Positions 1 to 13,690 are shown, counted from the first letter of the stretch. The stretch is 64,000 bases of DNA from Sphyrna mokarran (GCA_024679065.1 JAGIQG010000032.1:14074001-14138000), one strand, 5' to 3'. Numbers and translations: made by a program. Notes: a model not told the origin generated them from the letters alone.

Positions 1-390
1 CCATAAACTAGACTGAAATGTTTTCTCATAAAGGAAATAGGTGCAGATGAAAAAGTATGTGTTATTATACTATAACCTTTGTACAGCGGTCTCACATACA
101 GTTCTAATTACAACTACAACTAGAAATTGATTGATTAAGCAACTTTTAACATATCAAAAGAGTCCGAAGGCACTTAGCAGAAATGCAATCAAAAATCGTT
201 TGATTTCCAGCTGTTCTGATGGCTCTGCGTTGACTGAGATAAAGACAAAGGGATTGATTTTAACCTGAGTGGATTTAAAGTGGTCGGGACAGGGGAGTAT
301 GAGACGCATTGACAAGCATTAATTTCAGACCACGAAATTTTAACTCCAAAATTAAACAATAGGATTATGGGGCAAGGAAAACAAAAAGTT

Positions 391-645
391 TATTTATGTA
401 TTAGTCACAAGTAAGGCTTACATTAACAGTGCAATGAAATTACTGTGAAAGTTCCCTAGTTGTCACACTTTGGAGTCTGTTTGGGTCAATGTACCTAGCC
501 AACAAGTCTTTCTGACTGTGGGAGAAAACCAGAGCATCCGCGGGAAATTACACAGCCATGGGGAGAATGTGCAGACTTCAGACAGGCTGTAACCCAAGCT
601 GGGAATTGAACCCAAGTCCCTGGTGCTAACCACAGTGCCACCATG
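391..645 (-). mobile_element. tRNA-derived V-domain SINE, variant with non-CR1 tail
   Basis: Minus strand has head GGTGGCACTGTGGTTAGCAC, a B-box-like GGTTCAATTCC, a V-domain-like body and tail ...TTTCACAGTAATTTCATTGCACTGTTAATGTAAGCCTTACTTGTGACTAATAC. Related copies at 13445 and 35456. Confidence 0.8.
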
Positions 646-1635
646 AAAAACCCTAAAATTGTTCAAGAAACAATTGGGTACAACAGTAGGGAAGCATCAA
701 ACTGTTCTGGATGGATGAATTAAAATAATCAAATGGCCTTGCTCATGCACAAGTACCTTGTATGAAAATGCTTGCAAAGTTCTGAATCACCAACAAAAGA
801 AGCAAATTAAGCGCCATGAAAATTAGATGTGGACGAGAAAGAAGGTTCAAGGTTAATGGTTATCATTCACTCTGTCCTTTAAACAGTTCATTAATTTAAA
901 AGCTTATTCACTTCTTAATTATAGAGCTTAGTTTTGTCTCAAGATAACTTCCAACAGGGAGAATGTGCAACTTCTTTACTCAGAGCGAATGCTGCTGATA
1001 GAATCAATTAATTTTATGCCCACCTTTCAGGTCAAGGCCCATTAAAAAGTAGTGCAATATAAACTAATGGACAGATTTGCCTCCACATTAACACACTACT
1101 TTCACTCTCATGTTGCCAATTGAGCATGTGTAACTTTCCTTTTGTTTCTAATTTTATCTGTGGGTTTGCCCCATTGGGAACTGTAAATGGGACACCTCTG
1201 CTGAATCAGATGTCCCAATCTAAAATAAGCCTTGGAAGTATGTGAAGTATAGAGGTATAAAATTAGCAATGAGTCTCTCCAATCTGGCAGAGATGAAGAC
1301 CTTAGTGAAGCCAAGCTATATCTTGGAATATACAAATTGAAATTTCTATCCGTTGCTAAATGTGGAATCCCAGAAACCAAATATGGCTTTTAAGTTTAAG
1401 TTTAAAAAAAGGAACCCATTTTCCTCTTATAACATTCTGGACTGACATGGATTAGCCTTTGAAAATTAGTCTTATTTTTTCACCTAATATTGATCAAAGT
1501 ACTGAATGAAGTTCACTCATTTCTAAAGCCAATGGGAATGAACATTCATCTACCCTGAAAAGGCTCAAATTACTGAAATATACAATCCATAATTTTGAGG
1601 CATGCACTGTGAAGTTTGGCAGAAGTCATCAAATC

Positions 1636-1937
1636 ATCACTACTGTGCAGAAGAAGGCCATTCAGCCCATTGAATCTGCTCCGACAACAATCCCACCCAG
1701 ATCTCATCCCCATCTGTAACCGCACATATTTATCCTGCTAATGCCCCTAAGGGGCAATTTAGCATGGCCAATGCATCTTACCCGTACATCTCTAGACAGC
1801 AGGAGGAAACCGGAGCACTCAGAGGAAATCCAGAGACACAAGAAGAATGTGCAGACTTCGCACAGAAGTGACCCAAGCCGGGAATCAAACCTGGGTCTCT
1901 GGTGCTGTGAGGCAGCAGTACTAACTACTGTGCCACC
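1636..1937 (-). mobile_element. HE1-like V-SINE with CR1-type tail
   Basis: tRNA-like head, body GGAGGAAACCGGAGCACTCAGAGGAAA (plus strand), tail GGGCTGAATGGCCTTCTTCTGCACAGTAG. Confidence 0.85.
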
Positions 1938-1971
1938 AGAGTTGAATCTCTATTTTTTTTAAAATTCATAG

Positions 1972-2150
1972 AAATTCCACAACACCAGTTGAAAGTCAAA
2001 ACAGGTTTATTTGTGGCAAACGTCGCAAGCTTTCAGGACAGTCTGTCCCTTCGGCAGGTGGCTGGGAGTTCTGGTTGTAAAAATGACACAATGACACAAA
2101 CTCAATTTACATGCATAATGATTGGAATGTGAGTCTTTACAGCTAATCAA
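1972..2150 (-). mobile_element. Penelope-like element terminal fragment with a degenerate minimal hammerhead
   Basis: Shares CACAACACCAG...AACAGGTTTATTTG...AAGCTTTC with the 27068, 39167 and 46660 copies. The minus-strand core reads CUGCCGA...GAAAGCUU (A6 mutated). Confidence 0.6.
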
Positions 2151-2204
2151 TTTTTTTTTAATTACCAGGATAGGAGATGCAAGGGTACAGATTTAATCCT
2201 AAAG

Positions 2205-3065
2205 TAAAGCTGAGCGATCCCCAACTCACAGACCACAGTCAGTAGGGATAGGCAACAATATCTCCATGATCATCCTCAACATCGGTGCCCCTCAAGGCTG
2301 TGTTCTCAGCCCCCTATACACACATGCCTGTGTGACCAAATTCCCCCTCAACTCTATTTTCATTTTGCTGATGACCCCCCACCATAGAAATGATCTCAAA
2401 CAATGACAAGACAGAATACAGGAATGAGACAGAGAATCTGATGAACTGGTGCAGCAACAATAATCTGTTCCTCAATGTCAATGAAGGAGTGTGTCATCGA
2501 CTTCAGCAAAGATAGGAGCCAACCAATGCCTCTACTTTCACAGAAGACTAAGGAAATTTAGCACGTCAGCTAAGACTCTCAAAAGACTTTTACAGATGCA
2601 CCATAGAAAGCATTCTGTTTCACAGCTTGGTATGGCTCCTGTTCTGCCCAAGACCGCAAAAAACTACAAAAGATCATGAATGTAGTCCAATCCATCACGC
2701 AAACTAGCCTCCCATCCATTGACTCTGTCTACACTACCCGCTTCCTCGGCAAAGTAGCCAGTATAATTAAGAACCCGACATACCCTGGCCATTCTCTCTT
2801 TCATCTTCTTCAGTCAGGAAAAAGATACAAAAAAGACACGTACCAGTCAACTCAAGAACAGTTTCTTCCCGGTTGCCATAAGATTTCTGAATGGACCTCC
2901 TTCACATTAAGTTGATCTTCTCTACACCCCATGACTGTAATATTACATTCTGCACTCTCGTTTCCTTTCTATGAACGGTATGCTTTGTCTCTCTAGTTCA
3001 CAAGAAATAATACTTTTCACTGTATGCTAATACGTGACAATAATAAATTAAATCAAATCAAAATT
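2205..3065 (+). mobile_element. Rex1/Babar-clade LINE, 5'-truncated and decayed
   Basis: Remnant RT motifs GAPQGCVLSP and FADD, C-terminal LPSIDSVYT...HSLFHLL, and tail ACTTTTCACTGTATGCTAATACGTGACAATAATAAATTAAATCAAATCAAA. Confidence 0.75.
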
Positions 3066-3479
3066 CAAGCCTATATAGCTGTTCTCAAGCTACTGATTTC
3101 ACAGCACCATATATTCAGTGCATAAATGGATGAGTTTTGATGAGAATCATAAATTGGATATAACAAAATATAACTACAGCACTTGGGGCCATGAGGTCAA
3201 CTATAAAATGAATTGTCTTCAAAAATAGGATTAACTCCCTCAAAGATGCCTGATTAATAGCAGAAGTGAAGATTTTCAGAACAAGCAGAGAAATAGATAA
3301 TTAAGTGCTCTCAGGTATAATGTTCAGAGTTTACCAGTGTCATCTGCAGAATGCAATTAGTTTATGTTCAATAATATAGCTAGCAGATTACATCAATAAT
3401 TAGCAATCACTCACTTACCCAGTGTGATTAGGAAGCTACTTAAATTTTCCAATCCTTTCCAAGTAAACTTTAATCACAG

Positions 3480-3725
3480 ATTTCATAGAATGACAGATTA
3501 CTATAGTGCAGAAAAGGCTCTTCAGCCCATTGAGTCTACAGCAATGTATGAAATGTCCTGAACTGCCAATTTAATCCCACTTGCCAGCACTTGGCTCATG
3601 GTACGCCATAACATTCAAGGCTAAGTACTCATCCAGGTACTTTTTAAAGGAAGTGATGCATTCCACCTCCACCACCCTCCCAGGCACTGCATTCCAGACT
3701 GTCACCACTCTGAGTAAAGATATTT
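3480..3725 (-). mobile_element. CR1 LINE 3' fragment
   Basis: CR1-type tail plus CCACCACCCTCCCAGGCACTGCATTCCAGACTGTCACCACTCT (WNAL...VVE end of ORF2 on the minus strand). Confidence 0.7.
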
Positions 3726-4059
3726 CTCCTCAACACCACTATACTAGTACAGTTGACAGGTTTAACCTGTCATGGATTCAGCAGACTTCGATTGTGCAAA
3801 TTTGTGTCCGACTGACTGTCCTCAACACTTTCTCATGTAGTTCAACACCATGAACCAGGACACGAATGCTGTTTAATACATAAATCACATAGGCTGAACA
3901 CAACAGAAGTTACATTTATATTCTACTTCACACTGCAGATTCAGAGCTCTAAAATCAGCATGGCATGAAGGGAACTGCCCTGGAGGCAATATTCAAACAA
4001 AATTAATTTGTAATTTGAAGACAGCAGAGTGTAAACTGGCTAATGGTTCCAGTGGAAGG

Positions 4060-5381
4060 TCAGTTTTGTCGTTGGAGAGCTATGGACATGCAGCTGCCCA
4101 AATGCCGAGCATGTGGGAATGACGCTCCCTCTCCATTACAGTTAAGATCCTGGTCATCAGGTGAGAGACACTCTGTTTTGGTGCATGTAGCACAGATCTG
4201 GCCAATTCCTCACCCCTGCACTGTGACAATCAGCTGGGCCATTTTCCACCTTATCTGGAGGTTGAAAAGAGACTGTGTTCACAAGCACAGGATGTACACC
4301 TCCAGATAGAGAGGAAAAAGACATGTCCATGGTCACAGAACGTTCCAAGCAGTTGCAGCATGCTGTATCACCTTTCCCTCAGAAATGTTAACGCAAAAAA
4401 AACTTCTGAACACAAGTTGATCAGGTGGTGGTCTGCACATAACATCCTTTAAGCCCTGCAGGAAAAGGAGGTAGTGGATCCGTGGGCACCGTCAAAGTTA
4501 TTTGGCAGAATGCCTCACTGCCAGAACTTTCAAGCAAGCACCAAAACACAGCCAGGCTGGTGATGAGGAATGCTCTCCCTGTCAGATCTTTCATACACAC
4601 CCAGACACTCACCCCCTCTGCACACTGTCCTCAAGGGAATGGTGCTAGGCATGAGACTATCGTTCACCTTCTACTACAATGTGGCTTTGCAAAGGAGGTC
4701 TGGAGAAAGATACAGTGGTGATTGAATGAGGTTCATTCTGAGCAGCTCTGTGACGCAGGATTCCGCTCCACAATGGGCTGTTCACAGGAATCAAAACCAT
4801 GATAAATACTAATTGCAGCTGGAGGGTCATCATTTCAGTGAAGGATGTTCGAAACGTGTTGGTCTTTCGGTACAAAGAGTTGACCTAGTGGTTCAAACTG
4901 GCACATTCCAAGGACTACATGCTGAGGAAAGCACTAAAGCTTGGGATAGGTACCACAGACATGCAATGAGGAACAGTGTAAGGACTTTCAACCAAAATAC
5001 ACCGAGGGGCTGGAAAATTTGTAGACCCCCATTCACTGGGCTGTAAGACTGATATTGATTGTACTTTGTGAACATCAAGAGTAATGATATAGTGTTGCAG
5101 CACATTAGAGAGTAACATGCTGTATGAAGGAAAATTGAATTTTATTGTACTTCCTGTAACGTTTCAATTTGAAATATTTTGTCCCCATGCTACATGCCTG
5201 ACATGGAATGTAGACTGTAAATATAAAAAGAATTACAATAGCATACAGGCACTTAAGAATGGAATGAATTGCATGGAGACAAGTTGAGTTTTATGGCACT
5301 TGCTGTAACTTTCAAATTGAAATGTTTTGTAATTACTTCTACAAATTTTATGAATAAAGCATATTTTTGGGATATCAAAAA
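4060..5381 (+). mobile_element. Tx1-clade non-LTR retrotransposon, decayed 3' part of ORF2 plus 3' UTR
   Basis: Frame fragments LVHVAQIWPIP...AIFHLIWR and VIWQNASLPELSSKHQ...NALPVRSF...HCPQG...HETIVHLLLQC (zf-RVT-like C-x-E-T-x-H-x-C), ending TTTATGAATAAAGCATATTTTTGG...AAAAA. Confidence 0.75.
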
Positions 5382-6324
5382 TGCTAACATGTTAGATGTC
5401 TCATGGCAGTATCCAAAGGACAAGGAAATTCTCTCAACATGCTGGCCAAATATCCATCCTTCATCTAATGCCATTATAAACCATACAAAATGCTGGATAC
5501 ACTGAAAATTTGAAAAGAAAGGAAATATGTAAACATTTCAGATATGGTTCTTCATCAGAACTGCAAAATATTACAGATGAACTGCTTAAAGAAAGAACAG
5601 TGAAAAAAGGAGGGGAAGAGGATGAACTGTAAAATGGTTAGGTAGAGAACAAGAGAAATAGTTAACTCTCTTTGACAGCAATGAAATAAGACAAATGGCA
5701 CCATGAGGGGAGAAATGAAAGAAATGAAAGATATTTACAATGTGCAGAGAGTATTTGAATAATTAAAGCAGTAAGCCAAAGTGGAGGACTGTTGCAAGAA
5801 AACACGTGACAGTGGAGCCACTAAAAAAAAAAAATGACTAGATATCTGCATTTACTGACATAATAGCCAAACTAACTTGAGGAAAAGGAATTGTTTAGAT
5901 GTGCAGCACTTTGATAGATGGAGACATGAAAGCATGACAAACATCCAAATTCTTTTTTGTAGTTTCTATATAGCAATACACTGCATAAGCAACGCTATTC
6001 TGAAGTCTTATTGGAAATTACTCCAACCTTCAAGAGTTGTGCATATTGGCAATTGGAAATACATGTTCTCTACTCTTTAGGCATCAAATGTTTGTTCTCT
6101 AGGTAAATTGTAGGGCAATCAATGTATTCCACTAGCATATGTGAATTCATCTTGATCCAAATTTTTAACTAAGTTGCCACTGATCCTTTAATCATGAGTT
6201 TCAGGTTAAAATTGCAGCCAGTCAGATCTGGGCAGAAAATAAGTATGATATTCTCTCTACTCCATTTTCAAAACTACCAAGGTTTCATCAGGGAGAGTGG
6301 AAGAGTTAAAACCTAAGCCAATCA

Positions 6325-6535
6325 TTGAATCACAGAATCCTTACAGTAAAGAAGGAGTCATTTGGTCCACTGAGTCTGCACCATCTCTCCGACACAGCAT
6401 CTTAACCAAGCCCACCTATCCATCCTATCCCCATAGCTCCATACATTTACCACAGCTAATCCACTCAACCTACACATCTCTGGACACAAAGGGGTAGGTT
6501 AGCATGGCCTATCCACCTAACCTACACATCTTTGA
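6325..6535 (-). mobile_element. HE1-like SINE, 3' portion
   Basis: CR1-type tail plus TTAGCATGGCCTATCCACCTAACCTACACATCTTTG body motif. Confidence 0.7.
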
Positions 6536-7430
6536 AGGTATCAGCATTTACAGCACAAAATTATAAAACAAAAATATTTCTTTAGAATCTGAAGTCAAAG
6601 TAATTTAGATATCAGCAAGTGGGTCAAACTATTTTTCCAACTTAATGTGGTGACATTTTGAAAGAAAATACAAGAATGTTGAATTATAATAATTTTAGGT
6701 ATAGGACAGATTTCAACCGTATGAACACATATTCTAGTTGTATATCTCCCACTTTGTCATGTCAACCCCCTTTTATTTAACGAAAGCATAATAATGACCT
6801 GCATTTCTCAACAATAATTTTAATTTTGTGGAGATTCACAAAATATAAAAGAGATAGGTGGCAGTATTGTTGTGAGAACTCTCCAACCTGTATCACTTTT
6901 AAAGCATCTATGCTTTGGACACAAGGTCAGTAAGTTTATCCCATATTATGTTCCATATTGTACAATGAGCTTTCATTATTGCTTGGTTAATATTTCAGGT
7001 ACTGAGTTTGTTTTGCTGTATTTCACAGTATATGTTATTTTTGTCCTATAGAACCTGAAAACATGTTTGGTTCTGCCACTGAATGACATGAGGTAATCCC
7101 CTGCTGGCACTGCTCATCATGATGGCAGAACAAAGCAGACATCTGATGACCTCCACCTCAATTCATACCATAAATAGTCCCACATTCCCTGTTCCAAGTA
7201 CATTCTGCAGAATGAAACATATCTTCAAGGCAAACTCCAAGTCAAAATGGGTTTAAAATTGTTCTGGTGAAAAAATGTCAAGCTGACCCACAGGATAGTT
7301 ACCTCCTGTTCTTTTCAGTGAGAAGATTATGGGTTCAAGTTGCAGCTCTGGACTCTAACATATAATTTAGCTCATATTTCAGTATTTTACTGAGAGAGTG
7401 CTGCCCAATAAGAACAACAACTTGCATTTA

Positions 7431-7745
7431 ATCATAGAATCTCCATAGTGCAGAAGGAGGCCATTCATCCTATCGAGTCTGCACCAACCACAATCCCATC
7501 GAGGCCCTATTCCCATAACCCCACATATTTACCCTGCTAATCCCTTGACACCACGGTCAATTTACCATGATCAATCAACCTAACCCACACATCTTTGGAC
7601 TGTGGGAGGAAACAGAGCACCCAGAGGAAACACACGCAGACATGGGGAAAATGTGCAAACTCAACACAGACAGTGAACCGAGGGTGGAATTGAAGCCAGA
7701 TCTCTGGTGCCGTGAGACAGCAATGCTAACCACTGTGCCACCGCC
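7431..7745 (-). mobile_element. HE1-like V-SINE, full length
   Basis: Head GGCGGTGGCACAGTGGTTAGCATTGCTG, V-domain, tail GAATGGCCTCCTTCTGCACTATGGAGATTCTATGAT. Confidence 0.85.
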
Positions 7746-8027
7746 AATACAGCATCTTAATATTTCAAGACACTCCACAGGAGCATCATCAACCAAAATT
7801 TGACACGAAAGCTCCATGTTTTGCCAGCTGTAAATAAAAAAAAAATGTTGGTATTTGAACAGCAAATTGTTTATCTTCATTGTCTGAACAACAGTTCTCC
7901 CTCAATTGACACCATGGAAGAAAAGAGATTCATCTAATTTGCTACTTGCAAAATCTTGCTGTGTAAAAAGTTGTTTGCAATCTTAGCAAAGGTCATTCTT
8001 TGTTAGTGCAGTGCTTTGAAAACGCAC

Positions 8028-10100
8028 ATAAGAATATACAAACTAAGAGCAGGAGTAGGCCATCTGGCCCCTTGTGCCTCCTCTACCATTCAATAAAATC
8101 ATGGCTGCTCTTTTCATAGATTCAGTTCCATTTACCCACCCACTCACCATATCCCTTAATTCTTTACTGTTCAAAAATCTATCTTTGCCTTAAAAACATT
8201 TAACAAGGTAGCCTCAGCTGTTTCATTGAGCAGAGAATTTCATAGATTCACGTGAAGATTTGTGTGAAGAAGTTCCTCCTCAACTCAGTACTAAATCTGA
8301 TCCCTTTTATTTTTTTAAGGCTATGACCCGAAGTTCTACTTTCACCCTCCAATGGAAGCTGCTCTTCCCTGCTCCTATTTGATCTATTCCCTTCATAATT
8401 TTATATGTTTCTATAAGATTCCCCTCCCCACATTATTCTTCTAAATTCCAACGAGTATAGCCCCAGTCTACTCAGTCGCCTCATAAGCCAACCTTCTGAA
8501 TGCCGGAATCAACCTAGTAAATCACCTCTGCATCCCCTTGTGCCAGTATATCCTTTCTCAAGTAAGAAAACAAAAACTGTACGCAGTACTCCATATGTGG
8601 CCTCACCAGCACGTTATACAGCTGCAACATAACCTCGATGTTTTTAAACTCCATCCCTCTAGGACAAAATTCCATTTGCCTTCTTAATTACTGCTGCACC
8701 TGCAAACTTGGTGTGCATGAATTGTAAAGATACCCAGGTCCCTCTGCACAGCAGCATGCTGCAATTTTTTTACTATTTAAATAATGGTTCATTTGCTTTT
8801 ATTCCTACCAAAATGGACAAGCTCACATTTATCAACATTATACTCCATCTGCCAGACCCTTGCCCACTCAAACTATCTATACCCCTTTGCAGACTTTGTG
8901 TCTTCTGCACACTATTGCTCTGCCACTTATCTTAGTGTCATCTGCGAATTTTGACACACTACACTTGGTCCTCAATTCCAAATCATCTGTGTAAATTGTA
9001 AACAATTGCAGTCCCAACACAAATCCCTGAGGCACACCACGAATCACTGATCACTAACCAGAAAAAAATCTATTTACCCCCACTCTTTGCTTCCTGTTAG
9101 TTAACCAATTCTTTATCCAAGCTAGTACATAACTATAACACCATGCACCTCTATCTTATGCAGCAGCTTTTTTTTGCAGCACCTTATTGAATACTTTCTA
9201 GAAATCAAGATACACTACCTCTACTGGTTCCCCATTGTCCATCATGTTCATAATGTCCTCAAAGAATTCCACTAAGTTAGTTAAACATGACCTAGCTTTT
9301 ATGAACTCATACTGTATCTTCCCAATGGGGCAAGTCCTCGTCAGATGTCTTGATATTTCTTCCTTGGTGATAGATTCAAGCATTTTCTCCACTGCAGAAG
9401 TTAAAATAACTGGCCTATAATTACCTGCCTTTTGTCTTTCTCCTTTTTTAAACAGTGGCATCACGTGCGCTGTTTTCCAATCTCTCAGAACTGCCCCAGA
9501 GTTTAGCAAATTTTGGTAAATTATCATGGAGTACATTTTCTATTTCCCCTGCCAATTTTTTTAATACCCTGAGTGCATTCCATCAGGGCCAGGAGAATTG
9601 TCTATCTTTAGCCCCATTTGCTTGCCTAACACTATTTCTTTAGTCCTCACCTGCCATAGCTTTCATGTCATCAATTTTTGGCATGTTATTTGTGTTTTCC
9701 ACTGTGAAGACCGACACAATGACTCATGGCCATTTCCTCATTTTTTGTTATTAAATCCCCTTTCTCATCTTATGATTTACTCTCATAAGCTATGTCTTTT
9801 TTTGTGGCTTTCGTTGATCTTTAAAGATTTTCCAATTCTCCAGTTCCCTACTAATCTTTGCCACTTTATGTCTTTTGTTTCAATTTGATGCCCTTCTTTA
9901 TTTCCTTAAATATCTTTTTTCTACAGTCTTTCTTTATCATTGGTATGTACTTTTGCTGAGCACTTTGAAAAATCACTTTGAAAGTCCTCAGTTGTCCCAC
10001 TATAAAGTTTATTCTCCCAGTCTACTTACACTCCTCCCTTATCCCATTGTAGTCTCTTTTGTTTAAGCACAAGACACTGATAATTGGATTTCACCTTCTC
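8028..10100 (-). mobile_element. CR1 LINE, decayed, about 2 kb
   Basis: ORF 9198-9536 (DWKTAHVMPLFKKGERQKAGNYRPVILTS...[12 protein letters not shown]...VVYLDF) is CR1 RT. Tail GGCCTACTCCTGCTCTTAGTTTGTATATTCTTATG. Confidence 0.9.
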
Positions 10101-11869
10101 ACGCACTTCCCATGCGCATGCAATGTTTCACCTCCACTGCTAGTCTCGTATTATTTGGTAAGCAAAGTTGATGATCAAACTTTGATGGCCAGTAATCTTC
10201 CAATTGGAAATATATTCACTGTAGTGTAATTGGACTTCAGGATATCACTTCAATTGAGTCGGATCTCCATTTTATACTCAATTCCGTCATAAGTAACTTT
10301 ACATTGTGAGACAGTGCAGTTTTACAAACGTATTCACAAAATTTGGACATCAGTGGCAAAGCCAGCTTTTATTGTCCATCTTCCTCAATTACTGCAATCT
10401 GTGTGCTGAAGGTCCTCTCATGGTATTGTTAAATAGGATTTTGACTCAGCAATGATAAAGGAATAGCAATATATTTTAAAGTCATGACATTGTGTAACTT
10501 GGAGATGGTGGTGTTCCAATGTTTCTGATGCCACAGTCCTTCCGGCTGATACGGTCACAAGTTTGCGAGGTGCAGTTGATTTATATCAAATTAACATTCA
10601 AATTTCAGCTTTGTGATACGTAAAATCTGGGTCTTCACAGAATTAGAACCCGTGGCCTGAGAATGAGGCCAATATCGGACATGCCCTCGATCTCGGATGG
10701 AGAAATCAACATGGGCGCTCTCCTTCCTCTCGGATGGAGAGATCAATATGGTCTCGCTCCTTAGGCCCTCCACCCCAGTGACTATCCTGTATGAGTTACG
10801 TGACTCCTCACTACTGGCATCAAATGATACAAAAGATAGAGGTGTCAAACCTCCACCACAATCTTACTCTCAAACAAAACAAAATCTTGTTTTTCTTTTT
10901 ATAGCTGTAGACAAGACAGCCACTTGATTATGAAAATCTAAGAACTTCAATCAAAAATAACATGTTGCCAATACAAAGAAAACCACATTGCACCTTCTAT
11001 TTGGAAAAGGGACAAGTATCAGTGAACTTGAAATGGTTCTGTGAAGAGAGCCAGAATGGCTCAGCTGGAATCCCTTTAACTTCCATGGATCATTGGCCGT
11101 TTGTTCAATTGGTAGTGCAGCCAAGAACTGTTTCCAATGGCAACAACATCTTTTTGGAGCCACCCACACCACTGATGGCAAACACAAAGTAATATTTAAT
11201 CACATGCAAATTCAAATTTTTGTAAAAGTGTATAAGAACTTCAAGATGATTTAATGTATCACCTGTCAAAACTAATCAGCAGGAAATGCAATTAAAATTT
11301 AGTGAACTCATCTGCATCACTCATTTTACAATTTGCCTCAATATCTGTTACAGTTATCACGTAGAGTTCTCTGACAATGAATAAGAATAGAGACAACGTC
11401 AACAAACATGTTCTAATTTCATATTAGGACTGGCATGGAACGGTAAGAAAGAATAAAGCAAAATACGTTGTTTTCTGAATTGCTTAGGCATAATGTTGGA
11501 ATGCAATAAGGCATATTACAAATCTGTATTTCTTTTTACATAAACATCAACAGTTGCGTTACTCCACCCATTCCTTGACGTCATTCTATAATACTTCCAA
11601 AAATAATCTCAAATAGAAACAAGTAGATTTAGTCCCTGCCTCCTCCTTGCTATTGGCTACAGTAATGTAGGGCTGGTTGAAGTTGTTTACCTTCATATTT
11701 TTCACTGAACAGCAAGAGCATGGCTTTATTATTCCAAAATGTTTACTGTGCACTTTTGCTCATGGCAACATAAATACATCAGAATTCTTTTATAAAGCTG
11801 CCAAAATCAAAACATTACACCCCTCTTCCCCAAATGTGTATGTAGAAGGGGATGGATGGGTGGGGTGGA

Positions 11870-12250
11870 ATGTCAGAGCAAGGATGAGAGTTTTGAAATA
11901 AAGTTGTGACTTAACAAAGAGCCAACACAGGTCAATGAGTGCAGGGATGATCAGCGAACAGGACTTGGTGTGTGAATAAGGTCAGAGGCATAGTTCTGGA
12001 TTATCTTAAGTTTATGGAAGATAAAATGCAAATAGTCAAAATAGATAAAATCCAAATAGTCAAAGCTAGTCTGAATATCTAGACAAAATCGGAAGTGAGG
12101 ATTTCAGCAGCATATAAAGCATGATGAAGTAGGGTGATGTTACAAAGATTAAAATAAATGATTTTAGTTAGAGTCCCCGTGTTTGGTTGGAAGTTCATCG
12201 AGATCAAATACAACACCGAGGTTTTGGACAGCTTTAGATAATACAATCTA
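11870..12250 (-). mobile_element. Old L2-like LINE fragment
   Basis: Degenerate similarity to the L2 3' ORF region recognised by eye (AGGATGAGAGTTTTGAAAT...CAGGACTTGGTG...). Confidence 0.4.
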
Positions 12251-13444
12251 TTAATACCATAAACTACTGTAGTTGCACAGTAAATGCATACTTTGGTAGG
12301 ACATATCTGTATGGGCGACAAGGTGCAGACTAGATTTTCATGCTTAATTATTCTGCTGATATAATGTAACAGTAGATTTGCTCAATTCAAATGGGAACAC
12401 TAACCCACTATCACTCTAGTAGTAAAAACAAGTGAGCTCCATTAATGCTGCCCTCAATTGCAGGCACCACAAGGGACCACTGCTACTGCAGATAATGATA
12501 GAAAAGCTAATGTATACAAACAGTTAAAGTAGTTTCAATTCCTGATTAAAAATCAAGAGAACAAATGTAATTGCAAAATCGTGTGTTTGATACTTATTTT
12601 TTTAAAAAACTGAAAATGATATTAATAATTGCAGATGTTTAACTGTTGTAGCATCTGCCACAAGCTTGGCTTTTGTAACACATCTTATCCTTCTGGTCAA
12701 CATTTTAGGGTGCTAAACCGAGTTTTCAGAGAAACTATTCCCATTATTTTAAAAAATTGACCTGCATTTAAAAAAAAAAATCACTGGATGTTACAGACTA
12801 GAAACTAGTACAGTTTTCTTGGTTTCTTTTACAGAGGTCAGAAACTATCTTCATAATGGGCTCTCTCATGACTGATAGCATTTGAGTGCCACAAGGCTAG
12901 GAATTCTGAAGTGCAAGTCTGTGATCAGATCGGCACTACAGCAAAAACTGATAACATTTAATCAGGTCCAATTCTGGCACTAGACCCAGGCCTAATTTCC
13001 TCTCACAAGAAGGAATGCATCACATTTCATATCTTTGGGTGGTGTTGGGTGAATATCACAACTGCTGAGTAATTGGATCAGTTTCTTGATGCCCAGCATG
13101 TTGCAATTCAACATTTCATGAAATTTCAACAACAGAATGGAAAAGTGTCTAATTCAGATGCTGACATTGTGTGTCGTATCAATCGATATGCGAGGCATGT
13201 CAACACTGGGCGTCAATGGAGGAGCATTTCTCACACATCTTTTGTGCACCATTTTCTGAAAGGTGCATTCCTCTTCCCTCATCATCAATAATTATTTGGA
13301 TATTATCAAAAGTGTTGGAGTTATTTTCACTGATATTTTTAAGAGTGATTAATTCTCCACCTGAGAGACAAGTGGTGATCATATCATGATGGGCAGATGC
13401 AGACAGATTTGGCCAGAGGTTGGACAAGTGACATGTCACCTCCA

Positions 13445-13690
13445 GGAAAAGAACTCAGGGATCCAGGTTTGATTCCCAGCTTGGGTCACTGTCTGTGTGG
13501 AATTTGCATGTTCTCCCCACATCTGCATGGGCTTCCTAAAGGTGCTCCGGTTTCCTCTCTGTCTGAAAAACATGCTGGTTAGGTGCATCAACCTGAACAG
13601 ATACCGGAGCATGGCGACTAGGGGAATTTCACAGTAACTTCATTGCAGGGTTAATGTAAACTTTTCTTATGACTAATAAATAAACTTTTG
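13445..13690 (+). mobile_element. V-SINE variant with non-CR1 tail
   Basis: Reverse-complement homolog of 391-645: GGTTTGATTCCCAGCTTGGGTCACTGTCTGTGTGG...GCGACTAGGGGAATTTCACAGTAACTTCATTGC...AATAAATAAACT. Confidence 0.8.
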
